A DNA stretch of 41,146 nt from an uncultured delta proteobacterium (GTDB taxonomy: Bacteria > Desulfobacterota > Syntrophobacteria > Syntrophobacterales > Syntrophobacteraceae), in the NCBI GenBank assembly GCA_963808625.1, contig CAWEHK010000016.1:1-41146 (forward strand). The letters are read 5' to 3'. This document shows positions 39,410 to 41,146 of the stretch, one piece after another (the stretch's first letter is position 1; every line of letters starts with the position of its first letter). A model generated the notes under the pieces. The model was given only the letters and a program-made list of their open reading frames with translations. It was not told the origin of the DNA and searched no databases. A program made the translations under genes and the position numbers.

Positions 39410-41146
39410 ATGAGACGAGAAATTCTCAGATATCTGTGGCCTTACCGCGTTCCTTTCACTATTGCACTCTTTCAGGTCTTTTTGATCAGTGCCTTTGAAA
39501 TTCTGAAACCCTGGCCTCTCAAGGTCGTGATCGACAATGTGCTGACCGGAAAACCTGTGGCGTGGGAATTCCTAGCGTCCTACAACAGCGAGACGATCCT
39601 TTTTCTCTCGTGCTTCAGTCTTGTGCTGATCTATCTGCTCTCGGGTGGTTTGACGATCGTCAACAACTATACCACCATCAAGATTGGCCAGCGCATGGTG
39701 AACGATTTCAGAAGCGACCTCTACAGCCACCTCCAGCGCCTCTCTCTTGCCTTCCACAGCAGAAGGCAGGTCGGCGATCTCCTCTACCGCGTCACGGCGG
39801 ATACTTACTCGATTCAAGCCATCACCATGAATGGCGTTTTTCCCGTCGTCACCGCTACCGCGCTGCTCGGGATGATGTTTTTCGTCATGATCAGAATGGA
39901 CTGGCAACTGACCTTGCTGGCGCTCAGCATCTGCCCGGCGCTGGTTATTACCATATCCCTCATGAGCAGGAAGATCATCGATGCGGCGACCCATTACCGG
40001 GAGCGGGAGAGTGAAGTCTTTTCGGTGGTGCAGCGGGCCATGTCCGCCATGCGGATCATCCAGGCCTTCACCAAGGAGGAGGAAGAGCACAGGAAGTTCA
40101 TGAGGGCCAGTGTCGAGAGTCTCGGCGCCAGCCTGCGCCTGTTCACCCTCGAGAATTTTTATTCCGGGGTCGTGAACGGGGTGATGGCCCTCGGCACGGC
40201 TTTTGTCATCTGGATCGGGGCCAAGCACGTGCTTTCCGGCACCCTCAGTGTTGGTGACATCGTCGTTTTCACGTCCTACCTGGCCTCCCTTTATGCCCCG
40301 ATCAACACCCTCAGCCAGACCTGGGGGGTCATTCAGACGGCCAAGGTTGGAGTCCAGCGCGTGTTCGAAATTCTGGATGTCGAAAGGGACATGAAGGATG
40401 GCAGCCGTTTCTTTCTCCGACCAGGGAGCGAAAGGGGAGATCACGCTGGAAGATGTGTCCTTCCAGTACGTGGCGGATCAGCCCATCTTGAAAAAAATCT
40501 CCGTGCATATTCAACCCGGCCAGAAAGTGGCCATCGTGGGTCCCACGGGCGTTGGCAAATCGACCCTGGTGAGCCTCGTTCCCCGCTTTTATGATCCCAT
40601 CGAGGGCCGGGTCCTGGTCGATGGGGTCGACGTCCGGGAATATCAGCTCAAGTCGCTGCGGCAGCCAGATCTCCATGGTGCTCCAGCCGCCCCTGGTTTT
40701 TCCCATCAGCATCAAGGAAAACATCGCCTATGGCCGCCCCAAGGCGAGCGATGACGAGATCATTGCGGCGGCGCGTCTCGCCCGGATTCACGATGCCATC
40801 ATGAAGCTGCCCAAGGGTTACGATACCCTGGTGGGGGAACAGGGCGCCACCCTGTCCGAAGGGGAGAGGCAGAGGATCACCATCGCCCGTGCCATTCTGC
40901 GGGATTCGCCCATCCTCATCCTCGATGAACCCACCTCATCGGTGGATGCCGAAACGGAAGCCGCCATCATGGATGGGTTGAATCAGCTCATGGTGGGGCG
41001 CACGACCTTCATCATTGCCCATCGTCTGTCCACCGTCAGGGAAGCGGACAAGATCCTGGTGCTGCGCGCGGGGGAAATCGTCGAGCAGGGGAGCTTCAAT
41101 GAACTGGTGCATGCGGGTGGGTTCTTCGCTTCCCTGTACCGCACTC
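39410..41146 (+). CDS. ABC exporter, fused permease/ATPase (MsbA-like); frameshifts near 40410 and 40665; runs off the right edge
   Basis: PWPLKVVID, HLQRLSL.FH..R.VGDL TMD; Walker A GPTGVGKST, signature LSEGERQR, ILILDEPTSSVD, IAHRLST. Confidence 0.93.

Noticed and set aside
40850..40885. Degenerate ABC signature LSEGERQR as a sign of an inactive ATPase
   Set aside because: Walker A, Walker B (DE) and the H-loop are intact; one signature change is not enough evidence.

Overview
This GC-rich window is from a sulfate/sulfite-reducing bacterium, most likely Desulfobacterota with a Syntrophobacter-like gene order (inferred). Many genes carry single-base indels, so the sequence looks like an unpolished long-read assembly. 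Left part (1-9.9 kb): CNNM/HlyC transporter, hydrolase-OsmC fusion, tetraheme cytochrome c3, and a reductive sulfite reductase cluster read dsrD-dsrA-dsrB-dsrN-dsrC-ferredoxin on the minus strand, with a divergent TPR gene. Middle part (10-24 kb) is an accessory region. It holds a tandem TenA pair and the mercury-methylation genes hgcA-hgcB, preceded by a MarR regulator with four Cys-Cys pairs and a palindromic operator candidate. It also holds a ChrB-domain gene, toxin-antitoxin genes and remnants, and a type I R-M locus. In that locus hsdR has an in-frame TGA, and a REP-flanked RAYT transposase sits inside a decayed rhuM/fic gene. Right part: LTA-synthase-like sulfatase, a sulfur-relay cluster (iscS remnant, mnmA, thiF, ydjY, mauE, rhodanese), wrbA, an FGE-sulfatase-domain gene with a DGR-target-like 3' end, DUF533, BON-LysM and an ABC exporter. 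Intergenic DNA is rich in REP and MITE elements, including two 131-bp copies of one MITE. No rRNA, tRNA or CRISPR array was recognised.
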